A DNA stretch of 63,964 nucleotides, filler included, from Octopus bimaculoides (taxonomy: Eukaryota), in assembly GCF_001194135.2 (NCBI RefSeq). It is 8 parts of 7 records of this genome, joined end to end, with 100 filler letters (N's around TTAATTAATTAA, not from the genome) between each part and the next. Parts side by side here need not be neighbours in the genome. Positions count along the whole stretch, not along the records: positions 1 to 2,422 come from NW_026315910.1; positions 2,523 to 19,896 come from NC_068985.1; 6 more parts are not named here. One strand, written 5' to 3'. Each line of letters opens with the position of its first letter. Within the stretch, counting starts at the first letter, position 1. This document shows positions 1 to 12,618 of the stretch, in pieces. The notes under the pieces were generated by a model. That model made no database searches, was not told the origin of the DNA, and saw only the letters and a program-made list of their open reading frames with translations. Both the position numbers and the translations under genes were made by a program.

Positions 1-46
<46 letters not shown>

Positions 47-731
47 GTGTATATATATATATACACATATATAAGTAGATGTGTGTATGTGTATATATGT
101 GTGTGTGTGAGATTGTATGTGTGTATACACACGCTTACTTATTGGGTGATTATAATGATCCACGATAAATAAAAATGAGGTTGTTGCTACAATCAGTGTA
201 CTTAGATTTTATTTTTGGTGTCCTTATACAACATAGTCAAATGTTTCAACTCTTGTCTCATCAGAGAAGACAGTCTTCTATGATGAGATGGTCATAACAC
301 CAGGGTATGTCATAATGTATACTATAAATTTCAACGGGAAGATTTATCAAAGTGTTTTAATGCACAAGCAATACCCACAACTATTTTTTGTTTAATTTTT
401 TTTAAATCTTCAGCTATATGGTATCTATTCTTCAATGTGTAATATCAAGTGCTATACTTTCCCTTCATTTTTAATATTTATCTAAATTTCAATTGCTCAG
501 CAAATACTGGATATTTGTTGTATAAGCCTTATACATCCACTATTGAAACATATGTACTATGTTTATTTAAATAAATCCCTTATATATATATATATATATA
601 TGTCTATAACCAAATGGATGTATATCTATATAACTATATCATATTGCTGCACTCGCCTAAAAAAAAAAGATATGTAAGCTTTGTCATATATCACCTGTAA
701 ATAAATTTCCGTTGGTTACACTAACCACCAG

Positions 732-806
732 GTGTCGCCTCCCCTCATGATGGTATGCAACAAAAACGCTGTCTACACCAACGGCAACTACATCAACCAT
801 ATGGAG
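732..806 (+). CDS. Candidate internal coding exon, phase 0-0 (VSPPLMMVCNKNAVYTNGNYINHME), unknown host gene
   Basis: ctaac branch-like motif and accag acceptor; GAG|gtttgt donor; 75 nt open frame with a strong excess of C-ending codons (AAC, TGC, GTC, TAC, ACC, GGC, ATC) in very AT-rich surroundings. Confidence 0.55.
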
Positions 807-949
807 GTTTGTTTCACTCGGAATGTCTCTCATCTCCAGTGCACATATTCTGTATATCACGTATACATAGATATACACAGACACTCACACACACACACAC
901 ACATATACAAACACACACATGCATATATGGTTGTATATATGGTCACTCT

Positions 950-2380
950 GTCTATCTTGATATTGTTTTTCTCACTCTTGTCCATATCGATAAAGATATC
1001 ACTATGCCTGCCAGTGTCGGTATCCTCTTCACACACACTTTGTTCATATTGTCATTCTTCACTCTTGTCTATATCAAATTTGATATTGCCACGCCTGCCC
1101 GTGACAATATCACTGTTTATATCTTGATATTGTTCCCTCCACTCTGTTCCATTCAATAAACTATATCACCATGCCTGCTGGTCTTGATACTGTTATTCAC
1201 ATTCATCATTGATATTGTTTCTCTCACTCTACTTCATAACTATAATGATATTGCCATGCCTGTCCATGGTGATATCTTCATTCATATTTTGGTATTGTTA
1301 TTTTCACTGTTGTCCTTATCGAAATTGATATCACCATGCCTGCTGGTGTTGATATACACTTTCACATACCTTGATATCGTTATTCTCACTTTTGTCCACA
1401 TCTGTTCATAATGATATCGTCAAGCTTGCTTGTGATGATATCCTTATATCTATGTTAATATTCTTCATCCATTTCTAAAGTGATATCATCATGCTTACTA
1501 GTGAAGATATCCTCATATGTTGATATCATTATTATACCTCACTCTTGTCCATACCTATCATGATATCATGCCTGCTGGTGATGGCATCATCATATATATG
1601 TTGATACAATTATATCTCACTCCACTTCATTTTTAAAGTGATATTGTCATGCTTACAAGTGGTGATATCCTTAATTACATGTTAATATCCTTATCTGCCA
1701 CCAGGGCGGCAGGCTGGCAGAATCGTTAGCACACTGGCCAAAAATGTCTTTCCTCCTTCCAGTATTGATAAAACAAGTACCAGTTAAATACTGGGGTCTG
1801 TATAATCACCCCCCCCCCCCCGAAATCGCTGGCATTGTACGAAAAATTTTGAAATTAGTATCACTTAGTCATATCTATAAACATATCACCATGCCTGCTG
1901 GTAACAATATCCTCATATCTTACTAGTCTTATTATTCCATACTGATAACGATGTCATCCTATCCACAAGTATTGAAATCCTCATTCACATTTATTATTGA
2001 TATCATTAATTTTACACTCGTTTACTGTAATAATGATACTGCCATACTTGCTAGTGTCAGTATCTTCACTGGTATCACAATATTGCTATTTCTCATTATT
2101 GTCCATAACTATAATAATATTGTCACACATTCAAGCCATGATATTCTCATATCTTCATATCATTATCTTCACTTTTGCTCATATTGATAACAATATTTCC
2201 ACGACTGTTATCCTTGATATCTGTTCACATTCTTTATTAATATTGTTTTTCTCATTCTCTTCCATATCAATAAAGATATCACTTCACCATTTCGGTGTTA
2301 TACCACCCTTTGTTATTCTTATTCTCATTACTACCCATACCGAATTTGGTATCACTGTATTGACATCTTCATTTATATTT
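950..2380. repeat. Degenerate tandem repeat of about 80-87 bp, roughly 15 units, interrupted by a SINE
   Basis: Anchor gatat(c/t)(a/g)(c/t)catgc(c/t)tgc recurs at 995, 1082, 1162, 1247, 1327, 1413, 1482, 1562, 1640 and continues more decayed to about 2380. Confidence 0.8.
1705..1850 (+). mobile_element. SINE family A, internally deleted copy
   Basis: ggcagaatcgttagcac head and agtaccagtt..tactgggg..ccccc tail shared with the full copies at 9054, 10555 and 14419. Confidence 0.75.
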
Positions 2381-2383
2381 CTC

Positions 2384-2422
<39 letters not shown>

Positions 2423-2552
2423 NNNNNNNNNNNNNNNNNNNNNNNNNNNNNNNNNNNNNNNNNNNNTTAATTAATTAANNNNNNNNNNNNNNNNNNNNNN
2501 NNNNNNNNNNNNNNNNNNNNNNATATATATATATATACATATATATATCCCC

Positions 2553-2554
<2 letters not shown>

Positions 2555-2627
<73 letters not shown>

Positions 2628-2636
2628 GTCTATCTA
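2555..2636. repeat. (TCTA)n microsatellite, representative of many TA, CA, GATA, TACA and TAA tracts in the window
   Basis: Direct inspection. Confidence 0.95.
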
Positions 2637-3207
2637 CGTTTATGCTATATATTTATATTGCAAACTAATAAAATGCTCACGTCCTTCATACAGAATATAT
2701 AACACCTACAGGCGCACACATATACATACACACATAAGTCACACAGGCACACACACACACATGTGTATGTGCCCTCACGCGCACATGCATACACACGCGA
2801 ACACATATACGCACTCACATACACAAACACACACACAAACATGGACTTACAAGTGTCTAGATTTTGATTTTCAAAATATTTTAGCCGGACCAGCGTTCAC
2901 ATAAAAAGAGCCAGGACAGTAACAAACAAAACATTTACAGAACAAAAAAGGCAATAACGACAAAAGAAAACAAAAACAACGACGACAGAACCAATAACAT
3001 CATCTGGAAACAGAACTACTGCGTTAGTATCGATTAGCTATCACTCTCAATCATACACAAACATACACACAAAAAAAAAAAAAACGTATACACATACAAT
3101 ATTAAAAAAAAATAAAACGTAGGAAGGCGGCTTTGATGTTATAGATTTTGCTAGTAATGGTTAAGGATTCAAATACACACACACACACACATATATGTAT
3201 GTGTGTG

Positions 3208-3248
<41 letters not shown>

Positions 3249-3767
3249 NNNNNNNNNNNNNNNNNNNNNNNNNNNNNNNNNNNNNNNNNNNNNNNNNNNN
3301 NNNNNNNNNNNNNNNNNNNNNNNNNNNNNNNNNNNNNNNNNNNNNNNNNNNNNNNNNNNNNNNNNNNNNNNNNNNNNNNNNNNNNNNNNNNNNNNNNNNN
3401 NNNNNNNNNNNNNNNNNNNNNNNNNNNNNNNNNNNNNNNNNNNNNNNNNNNNNNNNNNNNNNNNNNNNNNNNNNNNNNNNNNNNNNNNNNNNNNNNNNNN
3501 NNNNNNNNNNNNNNNNNNNNNNNNNNNNNNNNNNNNNNNNNNNNNNNNNNNNNNNNNNNNNNNNNNNNNNNNNNNNNNNNNNNNNNNNNNNNNNNNNNNN
3601 NNNNNNNNNNNNNNNNNNNNNNNNNNNNNNNNNNNNNNNNNNNNNNNNNNNNNNNNNNNNNNNNNNNNNNNNNNNNNNNNNNNNNNNNNNNNNNNNNNNN
3701 NNNNNNNNNNNNNNNNNNNNNNNNNNNNNNNNNNNNNNNNNNNNNNNNNNNNNATATACATATACAC

Positions 3768-3798
<31 letters not shown>

Positions 3799-4147
3799 CA
3801 TATACATACATATATTCATATACATATACAAACACATACATATACATATACATATATAAATATTGGATATAAATAGAAATCATACAACGTAGTATACCCG
3901 ATTCTTTTTTTTCATCTTTCCCCCAAATTACAGCAAGCCCACAGAAAAGGCATCTTATTACATTATTAAGTAATGATTTAAACGTTGACGCTTTCGTCGA
4001 TGCGACAAAATATACGAAGCAACTGTTGAATTATAAGAAACATCACCGAATTTGGATTCGAGATCCTTAGATTGGAAGGAGAAAAAGGAAATGAAAATAT
4101 CGATGCATTCAGTTAATGTAGTAGCATTTCTGTTAACTTTTACCATT

Positions 4148-4580
4148 TGCATGTTTCAGTCATTGGATTGCGGCCATGCCGTGGGACCTCCTCGAAAGTT
4201 TTCTCAAACATTTTTTTTTTTACCTATCAACTCCTTTGGTTGCTATTTTACTCAGGTGCACCTTCATGGCCATGTGATTTGATGGTTAGAAAAATCATAT
4301 ATTCTTATAATCAAATATTATTAGGAATTGTCTAAAAAACATTGTTAAAATATTTTGTGTGTTGTAGAAGTGTACCCAATTTTAACAACAAATCTCATAT
4401 GGACCCTCAAGGACCATATGGAACCCGGTGGGGAACTACCGGTTTAGTCGAACACATTAACCGCAGTACTTATTTGCAAGTGTGCTACTTACTATAGTGG
4501 ACTTTTTGGGCGAAGCGCTAAGTTACGGAGACGTAAACAAAGCAACACTTGTTGTCAAGCATCGGAAGAGACAAGCACAC
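4148..4580 (-). mobile_element. SINE family B 3' half, interrupted by an approximately 250-bp insertion (hAT-MITE-like end near 4400-4442)
   Basis: gcatgtttcagtcattggattgcggccatg and ctaagttacggagacgtaaac match the reverse complement of the tail of the full copy at 27995-28410. Confidence 0.7.
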
Positions 4581-4990
4581 TCACAAAGAAACTTACACAT
4601 ACACACATGCACACACACACACACGCATAGGTATATATATATATATTTATATTATAAGGTTTTTAACTTTTAAATTTTCATATTCAAAAGAGACAGAGAC
4701 TTCAAATTCGATATATCGATTTATTCACCACTCTATGTTAACATTTCTGTGCCAAACTTATCCAGTGACTGATCCATTGGATTTAGACATTTGGCACTTC
4801 TTCAGGAGTGGTTACCATTCGAACAAAATTATTATATATATATATATATATATNNNNNNNNNNNNNNNNNNNNNNNNNNNNNNNNNNNNNNNNNNNNNNN
4901 NNNNNNNNNNNNNNNNNNNNNNNNNNNNNNNNNNNNNNNNNNNNNNNNNNNNNNNNNNNNNNNNNNNNNNNNNNNNNNNNNNNNNNNNNN

Positions 4991-5148
4991 TATATATGTG
5001 CGATGGACACCCTCGCAGTTACCGTCTACTAAATTTACTCACAAAGCGTCGGACGCCTCGAGACTATAATGCTAGACACTGACCCAAGGTACCTCACAAT
5101 GAAACTGAACCTGAAACCACGTGTTGCGACGCAAGCTTCTTAACCATG
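4991..5148 (-). mobile_element. SINE family B tRNA-like head
   Basis: Reverse complement ggttaagaagcttg..ggtttcaggttcagt..gtagacggtaactg matches the 5' part of 27995 and 49722. Confidence 0.75.
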
Positions 5149-5151
5149 CAC

Positions 5152-5475
5152 AATTTGTGAATGTGTTCTTTTCTACTCTAGGCACAAAGTCAGAAATTTT
5201 GGGGGAGAAGGGCGGGGGGCAGTCGATTAGATCAACTCCAGTACGCAACTGGTACTTAATTCATCGACCCCGATAGAATGAAAAGCAAGGTCGACCTCAC
5301 CGGAATTTGAACTCAGAACGTAAATTCCGCCAAGGTCGACTTTGCCTTTCATCTTTAAGAGGTCGATAAATTAAGTACCAGTTGGGTATTGGGACCGATC
5401 TAATCGACTGGCCACCACCTCCTCCAAAATTTCAGGCCTTGTGCCTAGAGTAGAAAGGAATTTGTGAATGTGTTC
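5152..5475. mobile_element. Head-to-head pair of 5'-truncated family A SINEs (5169-5321 on -, 5322-5458 on +) inside one 17-bp TSD
   Basis: aatttgtgaatgtgttc at 5152-5168 and 5459-5475; both arms end outward in gcctagagtagaaa. Confidence 0.9.
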
Positions 5476-6464
5476 ATTGTGAAATTCTGTTTTTGTTTGA
5501 TATAATCGTATATATTTATGTGCACGCAGTATATTTTCCTGTACATACTTGTATTTGTTGTTATTAGCATTGTTCCATCAGGTAAAACTAGGTCTCTCCT
5601 TTGGTGTACGTGACACATTTCTTGCAATAAGATACGTTAACTACAGTATATATATGTGTGTATGTGTGTGTGTGTGTGTGTGTGCATACATATATATACA
5701 TACATACGTACATACATATACATACGTACATACGTACATACACATATATGTGCGTGCGTATGTATGTATGCATGTATATAAATTGTGTATAGGGATATGA
5801 ATATGTAAGTACACACACACACACACCACATAGATGTTTATATCGTCAGCCACTGTTGAACTAAACACAGTTATTTATTTAGCTTCATGCTATATAAAGA
5901 ATGGTTTGTATATAAATCAATCCGGAACGGCCAACGGAACGAAATAAGAGATATATATCAATAAGAGATATATTCAGAGACTCTACCGTTTGAAATATAT
6001 GTTGTGATGGCTAAATACTTGCTAAAATATATATATCGCATACAATCACATCGCAACGTAGACAGTAAAATTTTCGCTTATCTAAGAGAGGCATTCAATC
6101 ATTAGAAACGCGTAACAGTCTCAGTACGTAGTCAGCGCCTTAGTTTTACCTCAATGTGAATTTCAGAAACGAGAAGAATAACATGAAAATATTTCGCATA
6201 AAAAGTCTTTAAATGGTTTTTGCCTTCCAACTGTTGCATTTAGAGACTTTGCAATGAAATATTTATCGCACGTTACTACGTGGAACATCGAGGTGTTTCG
6301 TTGACTATTTGTCTCGTCAGCTGCTGTACAATAAATGAAACAGTTGTTGAAATCACGTGTGATATCAGCATGTATGCAATCATGCATACATACATACATA
6401 CAAATATATAAATATATATTTATATACACACACACATACACACACACACACACACACACGCACG

Positions 6465-6518
<54 letters not shown>

Positions 6519-7806
6519 CGCACACACATTCACATTTAATATCTCATAGATTAACTAATAATACATTAAATGTGAGATGTGGTATATTTTTTATTGTTTT
6601 GTTACTTTTTAAAATCCATGTCGTCTTATGATCAAAACTACGACCATCTTTACAAAAGAAGGAAATATTGCTCAAAGTATCCTTGTTAAANNNNNNNNNN
6701 NNNNNNNNNNNNNNNNNNNNNNNNNNNNNNNNNNNNNNNNNNNNNNNNNNNNNNNNNNNNNNNNNNNNNNNNNNNNNNNNNNNNNNNNNNNNNNNNNNNN
6801 NNNNNNNNNNNNNNNNNNNNNNNNNNNNNNNNNNNNNNNNNNNNNNNNNNNNNNNNNNNNNNNNNNNNNNNNNNNNNNNNNNNNNNNNNNNNNNNNNNNN
6901 NNNNNNNNNNNNNNNNNNNNNNNNNNNNNNNNNNNNNNNNNNNNNNNNNNNNNNNNNNNNNNNNNNNNNNNNNNNNNNNNNNNNNNNNNNNNNNNNNNNN
7001 NNNNNNNNNNNNNNNNNNNNNNNNNNNNNNNNNNNNNNNNNNNNNNNNNNNNNNNNNNNNNNNNNNNNNNNNNNNNNNNNNNNNNNNNNNNNNNNNNNNN
7101 NNNNNNNNNNNNNNNNNNNNNNNNNNNNNNNNNNNNNNNNNNNNNNNNNNNNNNNNNNNNNNNNNNNNNNNNNNNNNNNNNNNNNNNNNNNNNNNNNNNN
7201 NNNNNNNNNNNNNNNNNNNNNNNNNNNNNNNNNNNNNNNNNNNNNNNNNNNNNNNNNNNNNNNNNNNNNNNNNNNNNNNNNNNNNNNNNNNNNNNNNNNN
7301 NNNNNNNNNNNNNNNNNNNNNNNNNNNNNNNNNNNNNNGTTCCAACTCCGTCTGTTTTTTATGTTTTATTTATATTCTTATAAAATTAATGTGGGATATA
7401 GAATATATAATATAAATAGTAAAATGAAATGAAGTATTGAATGTCTTATTGAATATATGAAATATTGAGTATTAAATATAGAGTATTAAATATATAAGGA
7501 CTAGTATACTTTCCTGCCTCATGGCATTCCTCAAGATGTCTGACAGATGTACTGTAGCAGACTGGCTGTTCTTTTGTCTTTTATACCTATTCCTTTGGAC
7601 AGCAGCAGTAGGTGTTTGGCTATTTTTAGAAATGATGCCAAGTTAATTTTTAGAAATGATGACATTTGAGAGATTGTTTGTGTTTTAGTTATAGGGATAA
7701 GATTTTTAAACCCCAAGTAAGATTAATTTAATCATTGTTTGTTAAGAGTGGGTTTGAATTTCTTAATAAAGTCCTTTTCTTTGCGTTTTCTCTCAATTTC
7801 ATTCAG

Positions 7807-7922
7807 GTTGTAAAGTTTATGGAATGGAAATATCATAAAAGTTTCACGACCACATATTGCCAGATGGTTACTCAGTGGTATTTGGCGGACCTCTGGATTT
7901 TTAATCTGTTGTCGATGCACAC
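7807..7922 (+). CDS. Candidate exon (VVKFMEWKYHKSFTTTYCQMVTQWYLADLWIFNLLSMH), possibly a 5'UTR/start exon
   Basis: Long pyrimidine tract ending cattcag; AC|gtgagt donor; only one open frame; no recognisable homology. Confidence 0.45.
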
Positions 7923-8759
7923 GTGAGTGTTCCGATAGTGCATTACCTGTTTGGCCAACGTACAGTTCTTCACAATTAGGGCAAAAGGGGCGTTACTTCT
8001 GCCGCACCCTGTATATGGTAGAAATATTTCATAAAATAGCAAGACAATCTCAATATAATGACAGAGATGTGGGCATTGAAACTGGTCTGGTGTGTTGCAT
8101 ACCAATCACCATACACAAATCGGAATCGAAGTCCACGTCCAGGTTTAATGTAAAATCTCGCTGAAATATTAGTTTTTTGCTTCTATTCAGAGAGACTCCT
8201 CATTCCCATATTGGAACCTGTTCGTAACAGTCTAAGTAACCAGAGGCAAATTTGAACGAAGTATTCTCACTACAAACAATGTCGTCTCGAAATTCTCTGA
8301 AATCGCACCCTAGGTTGATAATAAGCGTTGACATAAAGGGAACTATATTTAATGATAAACGAAAAAACCTGGAAAATTTTGATCATAGGAAAAAAAGGCA
8401 GGAAACATTTTGATCAGATGTTTACTCAGTCAAAACTAACCAGGGGCTACGTTTTTAGCCCCGGGTTTACGAAATACCAACAGTTAAGTTTGGACACGTT
8501 GCCTTCCAGCCTTAAAATTTCTTATACATTAAATATCTGAGTCAGTTAGGGAGCGTCTACGTAGATACTCAACTAGTTAGAAAGTTTCTAAAATTGTATC
8601 CTTCTGTCTAAAGGAAAAGAGAAGCTGAACCGTGTTGCCCTAGTTACCCTGAAGTACAGTACTGCCATTTGCAAGCAAGCAAGGCTTACTAATAACTACC
8701 ATGATTTTCACTGAACAATATAGGTGCCTCTTTACTCCGGAGCAGACATAGACACTCTC

Positions 8760-8990
8760 TGAACTTTTTCAACCTTGGCTTAGTGGCACATGCAGGATAT
8801 GAGAGTTGGAGGGAAACTGAGTTGCACCAGTGGCTGGCTGGTACCTATTTACAGCTGAGAAAACTGAAGCAGTGTGAAATGAGGTCTCCCTGTTCAAGAA
8901 CACCTCGCGCCGCTTGTTCCAGGAATTCAACCATCAACTTTATAACCTTGAGCCGAACATCTTACACACTAAGCCACCTGCCTTTACTAG
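8760..8990 (-). mobile_element. tRNA-derived SINE with a CORE-like central domain (family E)
   Basis: ggtacctatttacagctgag..gcagtgtgaaatgagg..aagaacac and ccaggaattcaacc..ctaagccac (reverse of tRNA A/B boxes). Confidence 0.7.
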
Positions 8991-9053
8991 ATATATATAA
9001 AAAAGAGGCAGGATGGTTAAGGCTGGAATATCTTTGATTATAGGTATAATGTT

Positions 9054-9265
9054 AAGGCGCGAGCAGGCAGAATCGTTAGCAAGCTGAACGAAATGTTCAG
9101 CGGTATTTTAGCCCGTCGCTGCGTTCTGAGTTCAAGTTCCACCGAGGTTGACTATGTCTTTCATCCTTTCGAGGTCGATAAATTAAGTACCAGTGAAGTA
9201 CTGAGGTCGATGTTATCGATTATCCTCCCATCAAAAATTTCAGGCCTTGTGCCTATAGTAGAAAG
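9054..9265 (+). mobile_element. SINE family A, full length, with 15-bp TSD
   Basis: gattataggt(a/c)taat at 9036-9050 and 9266-9280; gttctgagttcaagttcc B-box-like motif. Confidence 0.9.
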
Positions 9266-9678
9266 GATTATAGGTCTAATCAACCAGTCTTAAAACAGTA
9301 TCTCATACAAATAAGCAAAAAAAAAAAAAAACCCCCACAAAAGGACGGTATATCATGAGACAGAATCTCATATAACGAAAGACCTTCGACGAACGGTCCT
9401 TTCTTAGGACAAGCTAAGTGATATCACTTGGTGAACCTTTTTATTTTGTACTTACTGTTTACCGAAACAGAGTATCACGTGTTTCCTCAGGTTCTACTGT
9501 TTTACTGAAAGAATGTTGAAAAAGTAAGGTAGTTACCACTGATTTCATAGACAGCTGTATCTTTTCTTCATATTGTTCCTTTTGAACGAGTGCTTGTTTC
9601 CGTCAATTAATTGTTTGATCGAGTGAACCTGTAAACAAAGGCATTTGAGAAGTGACCATGTATACATACATGCATACA

Positions 9679-9709
<31 letters not shown>

Positions 9710-9970
9710 TTGATAAAGGAAAAGAATGACTTCACTGGTAGTTCTAATGAATTAATTTTTTAAATATGATTTTAGAGTTTGGTTTGTAGATCTAGTTTGT
9801 AGATCTACAAACCAAACTGCAAAATTATATTATTAAAAAGTTAAATTGATTAAAACTACCAGTGAAATCATTCTTTTCCTTTTCAAATATACTTAACCGT
9901 ATCATGGATTTCAAACATTTTCCAACACACACATACACACACACACATACACATATATATATATATAATA

Positions 9971-10032
<62 letters not shown>

Positions 10033-10554
10033 TATATGCATTTATATCTGTGCGTGAGTGTGTGTGCGTATGTGTACGTACATATATGTATATATGAACC
10101 CATAAGCTAAAGACCAAGAACAATAAAGATGCTACTCTTTCCTTTTACACTTTAACTGGGTCTAGTAACTGAGTTGTATTTATGGTAACAGTCAACTACT
10201 CATAAATTCTATAATCGAAACTGTTAACCCGTTTCAGCACAGAAATTTTGGGTGAAACAATTCCATATTACTTCGAAATCTAATTTCTCTTTTTAAGTTT
10301 TTAAAAATTAAGCAACCAAAGTTCGGACTTCTGTGATGTAAAGTGATCAAAAGCTATAAAACTTAATTCGATGATAATTATGGGTTGAGCTATAAATTAT
10401 CCCATCATACAACTGGAACTTAATGCTATTTTTGAGACCGAGGTAGTAAATAAAGCGGTGTGAAATAGTACTATAAACATATGCTATTAGTTATAATTTT
10501 TAAAGGTAGGATAGATGTGATGCAACATGCAAAAAACAATACTAAAAGAATTGA

Positions 10555-10770
10555 AAGGCGGCGAGTTAGTAGAAATGTTAGCACGCCGGGCGAAATACAT
10601 AGTGGTATTTCGTTTGTCTTTTCGTTCTCAGTTCAAATTTCGCCGAGGTCGACTTTGCCTTTCATTATTTCGGGGTCGATAAATCAAGTACCAGTTGCGT
10701 ACTAGGGTTGATCTAATCGATTGGCCCCCCCTCTCCAAACATTTCTGGCTTCGTGCCTAGAGTAGAAAAG
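10555..10770 (+). mobile_element. SINE family A, full length
   Basis: Colinear with the 9054 and 14419 copies; degenerate TSD aat(a/g)ct(a/g)aaagaat. Confidence 0.9.
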
Positions 10771-10829
10771 AATGCTGAAAGAATGGGACAGTCTTAATCC
10801 CCTGTGCTCCTCAATATGTACTTAGATCA

Positions 10830-11210
10830 TTGTTGTTGGCACTCCGTCGCTTACGACGAAGAGGGTTCCAGTTGATCCGATCAACGGAACAGCCTGCTCG
10901 TGAAATTAACGTGCAAGTGGCTGACCATTCCACAGACACGTGTACCCTTAACGCAGTTCTCGGGGATATTCAGCGTGACACAGTGTGACAAGGCTGACCC
11001 TTCGAATTACAGGCACAACAGAAACAGGAAGTAAGAGTGAGAGAAAGTTGAGGTGAAAGAATACAGCAGGGTTCGCCACCATGCTCTGCCGGAGCCTCGT
11101 GGAGCTTTAGGTATTTTCGCTCAATAAACACTCACAACGCCCAGTCTGGGAATCGAAACCGCGATCCTATGACCGCGAGTCCGCTTTCCTAACCACTGGG
11201 TCATTGCGAC
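10830..11210 (-). mobile_element. SINE family D, full length (about 380 bp)
   Basis: Reverse complement colinear with 39818-40190; tRNA-like head cccagtggttagg..gtttcgattccc; tail gacggagtgccaac. Confidence 0.9.
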
Positions 11211-12204
11211 TGCACATTTAGATCATATACATTGTATAAAAGGCAAATCAGCCTGTTTGTGCCAATTTCTCTCAAGGCTATAAAGCATTTGAAATAGAAC
11301 GTTCTATTTAGGAATATTAATTCAGATGTCTAATTTGTCCTCAAACACGAAATTTTAAGGTGGTTTTAATAAGATTTCTAGGCGATGGTATCTTTTATTG
11401 GTGTATTAGCGATGGCAGTGAGGACACACGACTCTGACCGGAACAGAACCGGTAACTCAATGTTTTGGAAATTTCCTGCTGGATAGTAGCATCATTGTTA
11501 AAGGCTTCGATGCTTAAGTCGGTTGGATGCTGGACTATGAAATGGAAGGGCAGCAGTTCGTATTCTGCACTATGATGGTGCTAAAATCAACGGTTAAGTC
11601 CATCTAGATATGAGAAGTTACTGCGGAGGTGGGAGCTGATGCGTAACTCACTACACTAACCAGTAGTAGCGATGTCTATTTGATCAGTGTTTTATTGTAC
11701 TGTAAATAGTGTTCAACACCTCTGCAGGTAAAGCAATTTATGGAAAAAAAAAATCCTACCTCTCGTCTGCTCAGCTCTAGAGATACTAGAGATAATCTAC
11801 AACTCCATCGTCCTTTCTGTTTTAGAATTAGTGATAACCAGATACTGATAGTTGATATAGACATCGTCGTATCGATGGTTAGTTTATTGCTTTTGTGTTA
11901 CACTTCACCATTGGACAAATAGCAGCGAATATTCCTTGCTACGGTTTATTTCCGAGACATTTATGAACTTAGACGTGAAGCGTAACAGCTGCGCATCTCA
12001 ATACTGCACTGGTTTCAGTTTCTTCCGAACGAGATTTCATACAAACAACATGAACAGCAAATCTAAACTGTTATCCTCAATAGCAAGGGCATTCGTCGGT
12101 GGCCACAAACTTTCATTATTGTACAGTTATTTCGTTATTTTACGTATTATTACACGTTACTGAATTCAGGCCCATACTCAATGATATATATATATATATA
12201 TATA

Positions 12205-12330
12205 CAGGGTGTCCACAAAGTCTGGGTACATGAGATTAACACATACTTTAAGAAATTATCATTTCTTATATTTAATTGTTTATGTTATGATTTTATTTAC
12301 TCTATGTACCCAGATATTGTGGACACCCTG
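12205..12330. mobile_element. 126-bp Tc1/mariner-type MITE
   Basis: TIRs cagggtgtccacaaagtctgggtacat / atgtacccagatattgtggacaccctg with TA on both sides. Confidence 0.9.
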
Positions 12331-12370
12331 TATATGTGTGTGTGTGCTTGTGTGTGTGTATATATATATG

Positions 12371-12458
<88 letters not shown>

Positions 12459-12585
12459 TATGTATATATGTATGTATATGTATGAGCGTGTGCGTGTATG
12501 TTTATGTATATATATATATATATATATATTAATACATGCATATATACATACACATGATGTATGTATATATGTGTGTGCATGTGTG

Positions 12586-12618
<33 letters not shown>

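Noticed and set aside
2467-2478. TTAATTAATTAA islands inside N runs (also near 19941, 22882, 30877, 54102, 56800, 59745)
   Set aside because: An identical 12-mer with stops in all six frames, set between similar-length N blocks; an assembler spacer, not biology
3102-3883. Long ORFs rich in YI, HT, CV, poly-I, poly-N or X throughout the track
   Set aside because: Translations of TA, CA and trinucleotide microsatellites and of N gaps
3960-4095. KKHHRIWIRDP*IGRR resembling a Harbinger transposase N-terminus
   Set aside because: Only a few residues match, and there are no TIRs or catalytic motifs nearby
4094-4282. Signal-peptide-like MKISMHSVNVVAFLLTFTICMF
   Set aside because: The frame runs directly into a reverse SINE B tail and has no donor; likely chance hydrophobicity in T-rich DNA
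780-7820. NHME|VVK resembling PDZ-RhoGEF NHLEVVK
   Set aside because: The flanking residues do not fit a PDZ fold; too short to name a gene
7807-7840. GCKVYG resembling GPCR/opsin TM3
   Set aside because: Stop codon four residues later in that frame; no other 7TM segments seen
11926-12097. Imperfect 17-bp inverted repeat (gcgaatattccttgcta / tagcaagggcattcgtc)
   Set aside because: No TSD, a single copy and several mismatches; too weak to call a MITE
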